DNA of 62,745 nt from assembly GCA_035494275.1 (NCBI GenBank), contig DATJHD010000334.1:1-62745 (forward strand), read 5' to 3'. Below, one piece after another: positions 49,008 to 58,468 of the stretch (positions within the stretch are counted from its first letter, which is position 1; every line of letters starts with the position of its first letter). The position numbers were made by a program, and so were the translations under genes. A model generated the notes under the pieces. It did not search any database and had not been told where the DNA came from. It saw nothing but the letters and a program-made list of their open reading frames with translations. Origin of the DNA: Croceibacterium sp. Lineage in GTDB: Bacteria; Pseudomonadota; Alphaproteobacteria; Sphingomonadales; Sphingomonadaceae.

Positions 49008-49786
49008 GGGCGGGTCTCCGGATCAGGGGTGGAGGACGGGACCGATGGGGCCTCGGCACCCGGCGCCGCGGCCGGTTCACGAGCCGGAGGCGGAGCCGGC
49101 GCGGGCTCGAATTCGCGGCTCCAGTCGATCGCGTCGACATAGAGGCCGAGCGGATTGCGCCGCAGGACATCGGCGTTGGCCGGGGGCCGGTGGACGACCG
49201 CGAAAATGCCGGTCCAGCGCGACGTTCCTGCCGCTTCGCCCCGCTCGAACGCCGTCTCGGTCCATTTGACCTCGAACGAGCGGTCGGACGCGCGAACGAC
49301 GCTCGTGACCGCGACCGCCACCACCCGTTCCCCGACCTTGTCGAACGGACGGGCCGAACGCGCATAATCGTCGAGAAAGCGGGCGCCGCGCCGGGTGACG
49401 AAATCGTAGGCCGACAGCCAGTCGCGCCGCACAAGCACCGGATCGAGCGAGACCGAACGGACATGCTCGACGAAGCGGGCGAGATGCCAGGCGATCTCGG
49501 CATCGCCCGGCTGATAGTCCCGATCCGCCGGGGCGACGGCGCGCGCCTCGCCGAGCCGGTCGACCTCGACCACATAGGGAACGACCCGGCTCTGCTGCGA
49601 TTGCCAGACGAGCCCGGCCCCCGTGAGCGCGGCCAGGCCAAGGCCGCCGAAGGCCATCAGCCGCCAGTTGCGGGCCTGAACCCGGGCGGCGCCGATGCGC
49701 TCGTCCCACAGCTGGCCGGCGCGCTGGTAGGGCGTTTCGGGTTCGGGGGTACGCCCGTAGCGCTGGACGCTGCGCCTGAAGAGCAT
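49004..49786 (-). CDS. trbF: Conjugal transfer protein TrbF (VirB8-like)
   Basis: PETPYQRAGQLWDERIG, QARNWR, VVRASDRSF, NPLGLYV. Confidence 0.95.
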   Translation of the reverse strand: MLFRRSVQRYGRTPEPETPYQRAGQLWDERIGAARVQARNWRLMAFGGLGLAALTGAGLVWQSQQSRVVPYVVEVDRLGEARAVAPADRDYQPGDAEIAWHLARFVEHVRSVSLDPVLVRRDWLSAYDFVTRRGARFLDDYARSARPFDKVGERVVAVAVTSVVRASDRSFEVKWTETAFERGEAAGTSRWTGIFAVVHRPPANADVLRRNPLGLYVDAIDWSREFEPAPAPPPAREPAAAPGAEAPSVPSSTPDPETRP

Positions 49787-49789
49787 CGC

Positions 49790-51085
49790 TCAATCCTCCT
49801 TTTCGCTGATGTCGGGTGTCGCCCCGGCGCCGCCGCGGTCGCCGTCGTGCAGTGCCTGCACCGCGAGGTGACGACGATGGCGCGAGTCCAGCTGACGCCG
49901 CAACTGCCGCGCCCAGGCGGGGGTTGCCTCGCCCGCCGGTTCCTGGGCAGCGGCGCCCGTTCCGGCAAGCGCCGACCATGCGCCGGCCCGCCCGGACTCG
50001 GCGGCTTCGCCGAGCGCCAGCGCGGCGCCCGCACGTTGCCGCAGCGCGCTTCCCGCGGCGCGGGCGACACCGCCAAAACCCGCGCCGACGCCCGCCGAGC
50101 CCGACGCTTCCTGGCCGAGCAGGTAGGCGGTCCGGGCGGCCGATCCCATCGCTGTGCCCGCGCGCACCGCGCCGAGCGCGGCACCGCCGGCAAGCCGCGC
50201 CGCGCCGGCCGCGGCCAGGCCGCCGACGGCAACGGCGCCCGCCGCTCCGATGGTCGTCGCGACGGCCGCTCCGGCGCCGAGTTGCGGCGCGCCGGCGACG
50301 AGACCGGAGGCGATGCCGGGGCCGAAGACGCCGAGGCCGAGCAAGGCGAGCGCGCCGAGGGTGAGGCTCATCGCCTGCGCGAGATCGGGTTCCTGCCCTT
50401 GAGCGGCAGCGGTGAACTGGACGAAGAAGCCCGCGCCGATGCCGACGATGACCGCCAGCACCATCACCTTGATGCCCGAGCTCACCACGTTGCCGAGCAC
50501 GCGCTCGGCGAGAAAGCCGGTGCGGTTCCACAGCGCGAACGGCACGAGGACGAACCCCGCGAGGCTCGTCAGCTTGAACTCGACGATGGTGACGAAGATC
50601 TGCACCGCGAGGATGAAGAAGGCGAGGATGACGATCGCCCAGGCGAACAGCAGCACCGCGATGGTCAGGAAGTTGTCGAAGAAGCTCGTGAAGCCGGTCA
50701 TCTGCGAGACCTGCTCGAGCAGCGGCCAGGCGGCCCGGTAACCGGTCGCGGCGACCTTGCCGGGCCGCAGCAGGTCGTCGGCCGACAGCGTGCCGCCGCC
50801 GGCGGTGAGGCCGGCCCGGGCGAACGACCTGAAGACGATGTCGGCGAGCGCCGAAAAGCTGTTGAGGATGAACGCGAAGGCGCCGACGTAGAGGATCTTC
50901 TTGAGGAAGCGGCCGAGCACGTCCTGCTCGCCGCCCATCGCCCAGAACAGCCCGGCAAGCGTGATGTCGATGCCGATCAGCGCCCGGGTGAGGAAACCGA
51001 CGTCGGGGCCGAGCAGCCCGAATCCGCTGTCGATGTAGCGGACGAAGGCATCCATGAACCCGTCGATGATGCTGAGATCGTTCAT
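49790..51085 (-). CDS. trbL: Conjugal transfer protein TrbL (VirB6)
   Basis: YIDSGFGLL, EFKLTSLAGFVLVPF, GAPQLGAG, Ala/Gly-rich tail. Confidence 0.95.
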   Translation of the reverse strand: MNDLSIIDGFMDAFVRYIDSGFGLLGPDVGFLTRALIGIDITLAGLFWAMGGEQDVLGRFLKKILYVGAFAFILNSFSALADIVFRSFARAGLTAGGGTLSADDLLRPGKVAATGYRAAWPLLEQVSQMTGFTSFFDNFLTIAVLLFAWAIVILAFFILAVQIFVTIVEFKLTSLAGFVLVPFALWNRTGFLAERVLGNVVSSGIKVMVLAVIVGIGAGFFVQFTAAAQGQEPDLAQAMSLTLGALALLGLGVFGPGIASGLVAGAPQLGAGAAVATTIGAAGAVAVGGLAAAGAARLAGGAALGAVRAGTAMGSAARTAYLLGQEASGSAGVGAGFGGVARAAGSALRQRAGAALALGEAAESGRAGAWSALAGTGAAAQEPAGEATPAWARQLRRQLDSRHRRHLAVQALHDGDRGGAGATPDISEKED

Positions 51086-51109
51086 CGTGCTCCCTGCGGG
51101 AAGACTTCG

Positions 51110-51195
51110 AAAAAGGGAGCCGCGGAGCAGGGATTGGGGAGGGGGGGCACCCTGCCCCGCGGCGGCGACGGCGTGAGGGGCAGCACGCCGCCGTC
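51110..51195 (-). other. Tandem hairpins with C-rich loops and a U-tract between trbJ and trbL
   Basis: Minus strand: 10-bp stem (loop CTGCCCCT), 14-bp stem (loop TGCCCCCCCTCCCCAAT), then TCCCTTTTT. Confidence 0.55.
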
Positions 51196-51215
51196 AGGTG
51201 CGGCGCGGCCTACCG

Positions 51216-51947
51216 CTATGGGTAAGCCGCGCCCGAGCCGAGAAACTTCTTCGTCGCCAGGCGGCCGTCGATTTCGGCCTGGGCCCTGCGTGCCGCCTCG
51301 GTCGCGTCGGCGCGGTATTGCGCGGCGAGCAACTGCTGGATCTGCAGCTGCTGCTTGGCGCCGAGCGCGAGCAACTGGTTGGTCGCCTGCGCCGCCTGCA
51401 GCGCGCCTTCGGCCCCCTCGCCCCGTTCGGAGAGCGTCTTGAGCAGGCCGGCGTCGGCGGTGACGTTCTCGGCGATCTGCGCCTGGACCCGCATGGTCTG
51501 GCGGTAGGCGTCGATCGCCGCATCGAGCCGCTCGCGCGCGGCGGTCGCCTCGCGATCCAGTGGCAACGCCTGGGTCGAGCCTTGCGGGAACAGCCTGGCG
51601 AACCGCTGATCGAGACCGCTTGCGTCGAAGCCCAGGCCTTGTGCCTGGCTCATCAAGCGATCGATCTGCTGCAGCGCGCCGTCGAGCTGCCGGAGCTCGG
51701 GAAAATCGATCCGCTCGAGGTTCTTCGCCTGGTTGAGCAGCATCGTCGCCTCGTTCTGCAGCGACCGGATCTGATTGTTGACCTGCTGCAACGTGCGCGC
51801 GGCGGTGAGCAGGTTCTGCGTATAATTGCTCGGGTCGAATACCGTGAACTGCGCCCGGGCGGGCGAGCTCGGCAGCAGGGTGGTGAGCGCGCCGACGGTG
51901 ACACCGAGCGCGGCAACCACGAGTCCTTTGCGGGTCAAAGACGGCAT
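51216..51947 (-). CDS. trbJ: Conjugal transfer protein TrbJ (VirB5-like)
   Basis: CAGGAG RBS; VFDPSNY.QNLLTAARTLQQVNNQI, GALQAAQATNQLLAL. Confidence 0.95.
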   Translation of the reverse strand: MPSLTRKGLVVAALGVTVGALTTLLPSSPARAQFTVFDPSNYTQNLLTAARTLQQVNNQIRSLQNEATMLLNQAKNLERIDFPELRQLDGALQQIDRLMSQAQGLGFDASGLDQRFARLFPQGSTQALPLDREATAARERLDAAIDAYRQTMRVQAQIAENVTADAGLLKTLSERGEGAEGALQAAQATNQLLALGAKQQLQIQQLLAAQYRADATEAARRAQAEIDGRLATKKFLGSGAAYP

Positions 51948-51951
51948 GATG

Positions 51952-54390
51952 CTACTCCTGGGGCAAGGATCGGGAGGGATAGGCGGCAAGGATGTCCGCC
52001 GCCCACGGCAGGCCGGCGGCGGTGAGGAAGCGGGCCGCGAAGTCGTCCCCGCCATCGGCGAGCAGCGCGTCGATGCGCGCCTGCACGGCGGGATCGGACG
52101 CGCCGCACAGGGCGAGGGCGACAGGACCGAGGCCGAGCTCGAACAGGCGGTTGCCGCGCTGCGATTGCAGGTAATAGTGCCGCTTGGGGGTGGCTCGGCC
52201 AACGAGCTCGATCTGCCGCTCGTTGAGCCCGAAGCGCTCGTACGCCGCGCGGCTCTGCGGATCGAGCGCGCGGTCGTTCGGCAGAAGGATGCGTTGCGGG
52301 CAGCTTTCGATGATGGCCGGCGCGATCGGGCTGTCGGCGATGTCGGCGAGGCTCTGCGTCGCGAACAGGACCGCGACATTCTTCTTGCGAAGCGTCTTAA
52401 GCCACTCGCGGATGCGCGCGGCGAACAGCGGGTGATCGAGAAAGATCCACGCCTCGTCGAGGATGAGCAGCGTCGGCCGGCCGTCGAAGCGGTCCTCGAG
52501 GCGATGGAACAGGTACGAGAGGACCGGTGCGACGACGCCCGCCTGCCCCATCAATCCTTCGGTTTCGAAGCACTGGATGTCGGCGAGTTGGGGACCTGGC
52601 TCGGCTGCATCGAGCAGGCGCCCGTACGGCCCGTCGAGCGTGTAGGCGGCGAGCGCCGCGCGCAGCGCGCTCGATTGCAGGAGCAGCGCCATTCCGGTGA
52701 GCGTGCGTTCCTCGGGCGGTGCCGAGGCGAGGCTGGCCAGCGCCGACCAGACGCTGTCCTTGACCTCGGGCGTCACCGCGACGCCCTCGTGCGCCAGCAG
52801 CGCGCCGATCCATTCGGCGGCCCAGCTGCGTTCAGCGGGATCGTCGATCCCGCGCAAGGGCTGGAAGGCCAGCGCTTGGCCGGCGTCCGCGCCGAGGCCG
52901 AGCGGGTGATGCGCGCCGCCCATCGCCAGCACCGCGGCACGCGAGGAAAAGCCCTTGTCGAAGATGTAGAGCTGCGCCCCCTGGTAGCGGCGGAATTGCA
53001 GCGCGATCAGCGCCAGCAGTACCGACTTGCCCGCTCCGGTCGGTCCGACGACGAGCATGTGGCCAACATCGCCGACATGGGTCGACAGGCGGAACGGCGT
53101 CGAACCCGAGGTCTGCGCGTAAAGCAGCGGCGGGCCGCCGAGATGGCGGTCGTCGGCCGGCCCGGCCCAGACCGCCGAGAGCGGCAGCAGATGAGCGAGA
53201 TTGAGGGTGTGGACGAGCGGCTGCCGGACGTTGGCGTAGACGTGGCCGGGGAGCGAGGACAACCACGCTTCGACCGCGTTCACGCTCTCGCGAACGAAGG
53301 TGAAACCGAGATCGCCGACGATCCGCTCCACGCTGCGGATCTTGCGCTCGGCCTCCGAGAGATCGGTATCGGCCACCGTGATCGTTGTCGTCAGGTAGCC
53401 GAAGGCGACATGATCGCCGCCCAGTTCCTGCAGCGCGAGGTCCGCGTCGAGAACCTTGTTGTCGGCGTCGCTGTCGAGGAGTTGCGCCGGCTGGTTGTAG
53501 AGCACCTCGCGCAGGAGCGCGGCGACCGACTTGCGCTTGTTGAACCATTGCCGGCGAAGGCGCGTCAGGGTCCTGGTGGCGTGCGCCTTGTCGAGGGTGA
53601 TGAAGCGGGTCGACCAGCGATAGCCGAAATCCGCCGAATTGAGCGCATCGAGCAGCGCGGGCCGGCTCGCATGGGGGAAACCGAGCACGCTGATGGTGCG
53701 CAAGTGCGCGTCGCCGAGCCGAGGCTCGAGCCCGCCGGTGAACGGCGTGTCGGCGAGGATCGCGTCGAGATAGATCGGCGTTTCGGGAGCGGCGACCCGC
53801 CCGGCCCGGTCAGAGACGCAGGAATGGAGGTATGTCAGCGTCTCGCCGTCGTCGAGCGCGCGTACCTCGGGCATGAAGGAGGACAGGAGGTCGAGCGCGC
53901 GGTCGGTTGCGGTGACGAAAGTCGCGAGCGCGGCACGCCAGTCGCGCCCTTCGCGCGCATCGGGCCGATCGACCAGGGCCCTTCCGGCCGCGTCGCTGCT
54001 GTCGGCCGGCGGCAACCAGACGAAAGTGCCGTAATAGCGGCTCTCGAAATGCTGCCCCTGGGCCTCGAAGGCGGCGCGCCGTTCCTGCTCGACCAGCCAC
54101 GACGCGGGATCCGGGAAGCGGCTCTCGGGATAGGCGAGTGCCTCGCGGCGCACCGCCTCGAAGAACAGCGCCCAGCCCGAGCCGAAGCGCTTCAAGACGT
54201 TGTTGGCCCGCGCCGAGGCGGCGACGAGTTCGGCTTCGGTTGCGCTTTCGAGATCGGGGCCGCGGAAGACGAAGCTCTTCTGGAAGCTGCCGTCCTTGTT
54301 GAGCACAACGCCGGGCGCGACCAGCGCCGCCCACGGCAGGTGATCGGCAAGGCGGTCGGCGCGCTGGCGGTATTCGTGCAGCGCTAGCAT
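51952..54390 (-). CDS. trbE: Conjugal transfer ATPase TrbE (VirB4)
   Basis: LPWAALV, FRGPDLES, GPTGAGKS, LDEAW, FATQS. Confidence 0.96.
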   Translation of the reverse strand: MLALHEYRQRADRLADHLPWAALVAPGVVLNKDGSFQKSFVFRGPDLESATEAELVAASARANNVLKRFGSGWALFFEAVRREALAYPESRFPDPASWLVEQERRAAFEAQGQHFESRYYGTFVWLPPADSSDAAGRALVDRPDAREGRDWRAALATFVTATDRALDLLSSFMPEVRALDDGETLTYLHSCVSDRAGRVAAPETPIYLDAILADTPFTGGLEPRLGDAHLRTISVLGFPHASRPALLDALNSADFGYRWSTRFITLDKAHATRTLTRLRRQWFNKRKSVAALLREVLYNQPAQLLDSDADNKVLDADLALQELGGDHVAFGYLTTTITVADTDLSEAERKIRSVERIVGDLGFTFVRESVNAVEAWLSSLPGHVYANVRQPLVHTLNLAHLLPLSAVWAGPADDRHLGGPPLLYAQTSGSTPFRLSTHVGDVGHMLVVGPTGAGKSVLLALIALQFRRYQGAQLYIFDKGFSSRAAVLAMGGAHHPLGLGADAGQALAFQPLRGIDDPAERSWAAEWIGALLAHEGVAVTPEVKDSVWSALASLASAPPEERTLTGMALLLQSSALRAALAAYTLDGPYGRLLDAAEPGPQLADIQCFETEGLMGQAGVVAPVLSYLFHRLEDRFDGRPTLLILDEAWIFLDHPLFAARIREWLKTLRKKNVAVLFATQSLADIADSPIAPAIIESCPQRILLPNDRALDPQSRAAYERFGLNERQIELVGRATPKRHYYLQSQRGNRLFELGLGPVALALCGASDPAVQARIDALLADGGDDFAARFLTAAGLPWAADILAAYPSRSLPQE

Positions 54391-54653
54391 GCCCAGTAGC
54401 CTTTCTGACGCAGGTGACGCAGCACCACGGGCACGAAATCCGGGTCCCGCCGCGCGGCGACCACGGCCAGGCTGTGCCCGACCGCCCACACGGCGAGGCC
54501 GACGAGCCATTGCTGCAGGCCGAGGCCAAGGGCGGCCGCCAGCGTGCCGTTGGCGATGGCAAAACCCCGCGGCGCGCCGGCGAGCAGGATCGGCGAAGCG
54601 AGGCTGGCGTGGAGCGGCACCTCGAAGCCGTCGATGGGACCGCCCGCGCTCAT
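54384..54653 (-). CDS. trbD: Conjugal transfer protein TrbD (VirB3)
   Basis: GFEVPLH.SL..PILLAGAPR..AIANGT, RRDP; ATG overlaps trbC stop. Confidence 0.92.
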   Translation of the reverse strand: MSAGGPIDGFEVPLHASLASPILLAGAPRGFAIANGTLAAALGLGLQQWLVGLAVWAVGHSLAVVAARRDPDFVPVVLRHLRQKGYWAC

Positions 54654-54985
54654 CCGACAAGCGCTCCGCCGCCGAAGCTGAAGAACGAGAGAAAAAAGCT
54701 CGACGCGGCAAAGGCGATCGACAGCCCGAAGATGATCTGGATGAGTCGGCGAAAACCGCCCGCGGTCTCGCCGAACGCCAGCGTCAGGCCGGTGGTGATG
54801 ATGATGATCACCGCGACGATCTTTGCAACCGGTCCCTGGACCGATTCGAGGACCTGCTCGAGCGGCTGCTCCCAGGGCATCCCCGAGCCGCTGGCCCAGG
54901 CCCGGCCCGGCAACGCCAGCGCGAGGCCGGCGACGAGGCGGATGAGGCGAGGGCTCGGGCGCAGCCGGACGCTGGAGCGGCGCAT
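54650..54985 (-). CDS. trbC: Conjugal pilin TrbC (VirB2)
   Basis: MPWEQPL, GPVAK, AFGET.GGFRRLIQ, FFSFGGGA. Confidence 0.95.
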   Translation of the reverse strand: MRRSSVRLRPSPRLIRLVAGLALALPGRAWASGSGMPWEQPLEQVLESVQGPVAKIVAVIIIITTGLTLAFGETAGGFRRLIQIIFGLSIAFAASSFFLSFFSFGGGALVG

Positions 54986-54988
54986 GGG

Positions 54989-55990
54989 TCAATCTCCTTG
55001 GCTTGACGGATCGCGAGGGGGAGTGATGTCGATGAGGACGTATTCGCCATCGGGAGCGAGCCCGATCACCCGGGCGAGCGTTTCGATCCGTCGGGCCCTG
55101 CTGCGGCCGGCGATGAACACGACGAGGTCGATCGCCTCGGCAATGAGACGGCGCGGGACCGAGACGACGGCTTCCTGAACGAGCTGCTCGAGGCGGAAGA
55201 GCGCGGCGGCCGCGCTGTTGGCATGGACCGTGGCGATCCCTCCGGGATGACCGGTGTTCCACGCCTTGAGCATGTCGAGCGCCTCGCCGCCGCGGGTTTC
55301 GCCGACGATGATCCGGTCGGGCCTGAGGCGAAGGGTCGAGCGCACGAGGTCCGCCATCGTGACCGCGCCGGCGCGCGTGCGCAGCGCGACCGTGTCGGGC
55401 GCCGGTGACTGCAGTTCGCGGGTGTCTTCGATGAGGATGACTCGCTCGTCGAGCGCGCCCATTTCCGCGAGCAGCGCGTTGGCAAGCGTGGTCTTGCCCG
55501 AACTGGTGCCGCCGGCGATGAGAATGTTGCGCCGGGCGGCCACGGCTTCGGCGAGCAGCCGCGCGCCTTCCGGCGGCATGATGCCGTCGCTGACGTAGTC
55601 GCCGAGCGTGTAGACCCGCGCCGCGGGCTTGCGGATCGAGAAGCAGGGTGCGAGGCTGACCGGCGGCAGAACGCCTTCGAAGCGTTCGCCGGCGCCTTCG
55701 CCGAGCGGCGGAAGCTCGGCCGAGACGATCGGCGCCGAGGCGTGCACCTCGGTCCTTGCATGGCTGGCGACGAGACGGACGATTCGTTCGACTTGCGCCG
55801 GCTCGTAGCGCACGCCGGTATCGAGGCGCCCTTCGCCGAGCCGGTCGAGCCGCAGGGCGCCGTCGGGATTGACCATGATCTCGATGACCAGTGGATCGGC
55901 CAGCGCCGCGGCGATCGTCGGCCCCATCGCGGTGCGCAGCATCGCCCGCTTGCGAGCCTCGGCACCGGCCTCGCGCACGGCGCCGCTCAC
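54989..55990 (-). CDS. trbB: Conjugal transfer ATPase TrbB (VirB11)
   Basis: GGTSSGKTT, IEDTRE, LRLRPDRIIVGE, WNTGHPGG. Confidence 0.96.
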   Translation of the reverse strand: MSGAVREAGAEARKRAMLRTAMGPTIAAALADPLVIEIMVNPDGALRLDRLGEGRLDTGVRYEPAQVERIVRLVASHARTEVHASAPIVSAELPPLGEGAGERFEGVLPPVSLAPCFSIRKPAARVYTLGDYVSDGIMPPEGARLLAEAVAARRNILIAGGTSSGKTTLANALLAEMGALDERVILIEDTRELQSPAPDTVALRTRAGAVTMADLVRSTLRLRPDRIIVGETRGGEALDMLKAWNTGHPGGIATVHANSAAAALFRLEQLVQEAVVSVPRRLIAEAIDLVVFIAGRSRARRIETLARVIGLAPDGEYVLIDITPPRDPSSQGD

Positions 55991-56391
55991 GACCCGGGCT
56001 CCGGCTCGTCGGTGGCTCCCAGCGTGCGCCGGTTCGTCGCGAGCTGGCGGCCGACCTGGGTGACGAACTTTTCGAACCGCGCGCGCCCGACCGCCGTCGC
56101 GGCGGCATCAGGCTCGGCCAGCGGCGCGGTGACCATCAACTGGTAGCGCACGAACAGCGACAGACTTTCGAGCAGCACTTCGATGTCGCGACGCGCACGC
56201 ATAATCTCGTGGGTCATGCGGTCGAGCCGCAAGCGCAGGAGGTCGTCGACTTCCCTGCTGCCCCGGTGCGCCAGCCACTCGCGCAGCCCATCGTTGACGA
56301 GCCGCGACTTGTAACCCCTTTCGCCGGCGGCGAGCGCGGTCAAAGCCTCGCTGATATCGCGGTCGATGCAGACGCGTTCCCTACCCTTCAT
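55987..56391 (-). CDS. CopG/ribbon-helix-helix protein of the traG-trb operon
   Basis: KS.LV...L..W...RLDRM..E..ESL.LFVRY.L...PL...GRARFE.FV; sits between traG and trbB. Confidence 0.8.
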   Translation of the reverse strand: MKGRERVCIDRDISEALTALAAGERGYKSRLVNDGLREWLAHRGSREVDDLLRLRLDRMTHEIMRARRDIEVLLESLSLFVRYQLMVTAPLAEPDAAATAVGRARFEKFVTQVGRQLATNRRTLGATDEPEPGS

Positions 56392-56394
56392 CGC

Positions 56395-58413
56395 CTAGAA
56401 CCCCGGCACCAGGTCGTGATCGGTTTCGTTGAGGCCGTAACCGCGGGCGACGTCGCCGAGACCGCGCGCGTGATCCATCACCCGCTGGTCGGCCGCAGGA
56501 TCATCGTCCATCTCGAGCTCGACCAAGGCCGGATCGAGATCCTGCGGCTTTGCCTCGGCCAGGTTCGGAAACCCAGGAGAACGTTGCTGCTGGAGTCCGC
56601 CCTCATCTGCAAATTCGAAAAGTTCGTCATCGCCGGCGAACCCGACGTCGCCGCTGCGCACCGCATCCGTCCAGTCGTGCGGCTGCGAGGGCGGCCGGTC
56701 CGCGTAGCGGCCTCGCACCAACGCCGGAGGCGCCGTTACGCGGCTCGCTAAGTTGCGATCGGCAAAGTACTTGAGCTTGTGCGCCCGCACCGGCGGCGCG
56801 CCGGCGGCGAGCACCAGTTCCTCCTCGGCAGGAAGCTGCATGACCTCGCCGGGCGTCAGCAGCGCGCGGGCGGTCTCCTGGCGGCTGACCATGACGTGCG
56901 CGAGCCACGGCGCCAGGCGATGGCCGGCGTAATTGCGCATCGAGCGCTGTTCGGTCGCGGTGCCGAGCGCATCGGAGATGCGCCGGGCGGTGCGCTCGTC
57001 GTTGGTGGCGAAAGCAACGCGCACGTGACAGTTGTCGAGGATCGAGTTGTGCTCTCCGTAAGCCTTCTCGATTTGGTTGAGCGACTGGGCGATGAGGAAG
57101 GCGCGGATGCCGTAGCCGGCCATGAAGGCAAGGCTGGTCTCGAAGAAGTCGAGCCGACCAAGCGCGGGAAACTCGTCGAGCATCATCAGCAACCGGTGCC
57201 GGCTGGCGCCCTGAGCTGCGGCATCGAGTCTTTCGGTCAGCCGGCGGCCAATCTGGTTGAGGATCAGGCGCACGAGCGGCTTGGTGCGGCTGATGTCCGA
57301 CGGCGGCACGACGAGATAGAGCGAGACGGGATGCTCCGCTTCGACGAGGTCGGCAATGCGCCAGTCGCAGGACGAGGTCACCTCGGCGACCGTGGGATCG
57401 CGATAAAGGCCGAGGAAGCTCATCGCCGTCGACAGCACGCCCGAGCGCTCGTTCTCGCTCTTGTTGAGCAGCTCGCGCGCCGCCGAGGCCACCACCGGAT
57501 GAACTTTCGGCCGCTCGGGTGTACCGAGATGGTTGGTGCTCATCATCTGCCGCAGCGTCGCGACAAACGAGCGCTCAGGGTCGGACAGGAGGGTTGCGAC
57601 CCGTGCCAGCGTCTTTTCCGCTTCGGCGTAGAGGACATGAAGGATCACCCCGACGAGCAGCGAATGGCTGGTCTTTTCCCAATGGTTGCGCCGCTCGAGC
57701 GCACCTTCGGGATCGACGAGGATGTCGGCGATGTTCTGGACGTCGCGCACCTCGCCCGGCCCCCGGCGGACCTCGAGCAGGGGATTGTACCTCGCCGAGC
57801 GCGGGTCGGTCGGGTTGAACAGGAGGCAGTGCGAGAAACGCGAGCGCCAGCCGGCGGTCAGCTGCCAGTTCTCACCCTTGATGTCGTGGACAACCGCCGA
57901 GCCGGTCCAGGCCAGCAGTGTCGGCACGACCAGGCCGACGCCCTTGCCAGAGCGCGTCGGCGCGAACGCGAGGACGTGCTCGGGGCCATCGTGGCGCAGG
58001 TAACGCCCGCTTAGCCGTCCGAGCATCACGCCGTCGTCGTCGAGCAGGCCAGCGCGCTCGATCTCGCGCGCGGTTGCCCAGCGCGCCGAGCCGTAGGTGG
58101 TGACGAACCGGCGCTGTCGCGCGCGCCACAGCGAGCCGGCGATCGCCGCTGCGCAGCTTAGAAAGCCGCTCGCGCCGGCGAGCGCCCCGGCACGGGCGAA
58201 CACACGCGGCGCATAGGCGTCAAAAACGTACCACCAGCCGAAGAGCGCCCAGGGCCGATAGACGGGCAGGCCGCCGACCCGCAGCCAGGGCGCGCCCAGT
58301 TCGGGCTGGTAGGCGAGTTGCGCCGCCGCCCACTGGGTTGCGGCCCACAGGCCCGCGAGGACGATCAAGAAGACCACGAGGATCTGGCCGATGAGCAGTT
58401 TGGTGGGCGTCAC
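56395..58413 (-). CDS. traG: Type IV coupling protein TraG (VirD4)
   Basis: TTYGSARWA, APTRSGKGVG, HDIKGEN, LDEFPALG, AQSLNQ. Confidence 0.96.
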   Translation of the reverse strand: MTPTKLLIGQILVVFLIVLAGLWAATQWAAAQLAYQPELGAPWLRVGGLPVYRPWALFGWWYVFDAYAPRVFARAGALAGASGFLSCAAAIAGSLWRARQRRFVTTYGSARWATAREIERAGLLDDDGVMLGRLSGRYLRHDGPEHVLAFAPTRSGKGVGLVVPTLLAWTGSAVVHDIKGENWQLTAGWRSRFSHCLLFNPTDPRSARYNPLLEVRRGPGEVRDVQNIADILVDPEGALERRNHWEKTSHSLLVGVILHVLYAEAEKTLARVATLLSDPERSFVATLRQMMSTNHLGTPERPKVHPVVASAARELLNKSENERSGVLSTAMSFLGLYRDPTVAEVTSSCDWRIADLVEAEHPVSLYLVVPPSDISRTKPLVRLILNQIGRRLTERLDAAAQGASRHRLLMMLDEFPALGRLDFFETSLAFMAGYGIRAFLIAQSLNQIEKAYGEHNSILDNCHVRVAFATNDERTARRISDALGTATEQRSMRNYAGHRLAPWLAHVMVSRQETARALLTPGEVMQLPAEEELVLAAGAPPVRAHKLKYFADRNLASRVTAPPALVRGRYADRPPSQPHDWTDAVRSGDVGFAGDDELFEFADEGGLQQQRSPGFPNLAEAKPQDLDPALVELEMDDDPAADQRVMDHARGLGDVARGYGLNETDHDLVPGF

Positions 58414-58427
58414 GGCGAAGCTCCCGC

Positions 58428-58468
58428 CGATCGACGATGGTCGATCGAAGCAGGGCGAAGAATCTTCG
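58428..58468. promoter_or_regulatory. Two inverted repeats just upstream of traG
   Basis: CGATCGAC-GATG-GTCGATCG and CGAAG-AAT-CTTCG; candidate operators or leader hairpins. Confidence 0.3.

Noticed and set aside
46885-49641. 918-aa TrbI fusion (similarly the extended TrbD, TrbJ, PstA, PhoU and USP track ORFs)
   Set aside because: N-terminal extensions overlap upstream real genes in other frames; internal starts with coupled stops fit better
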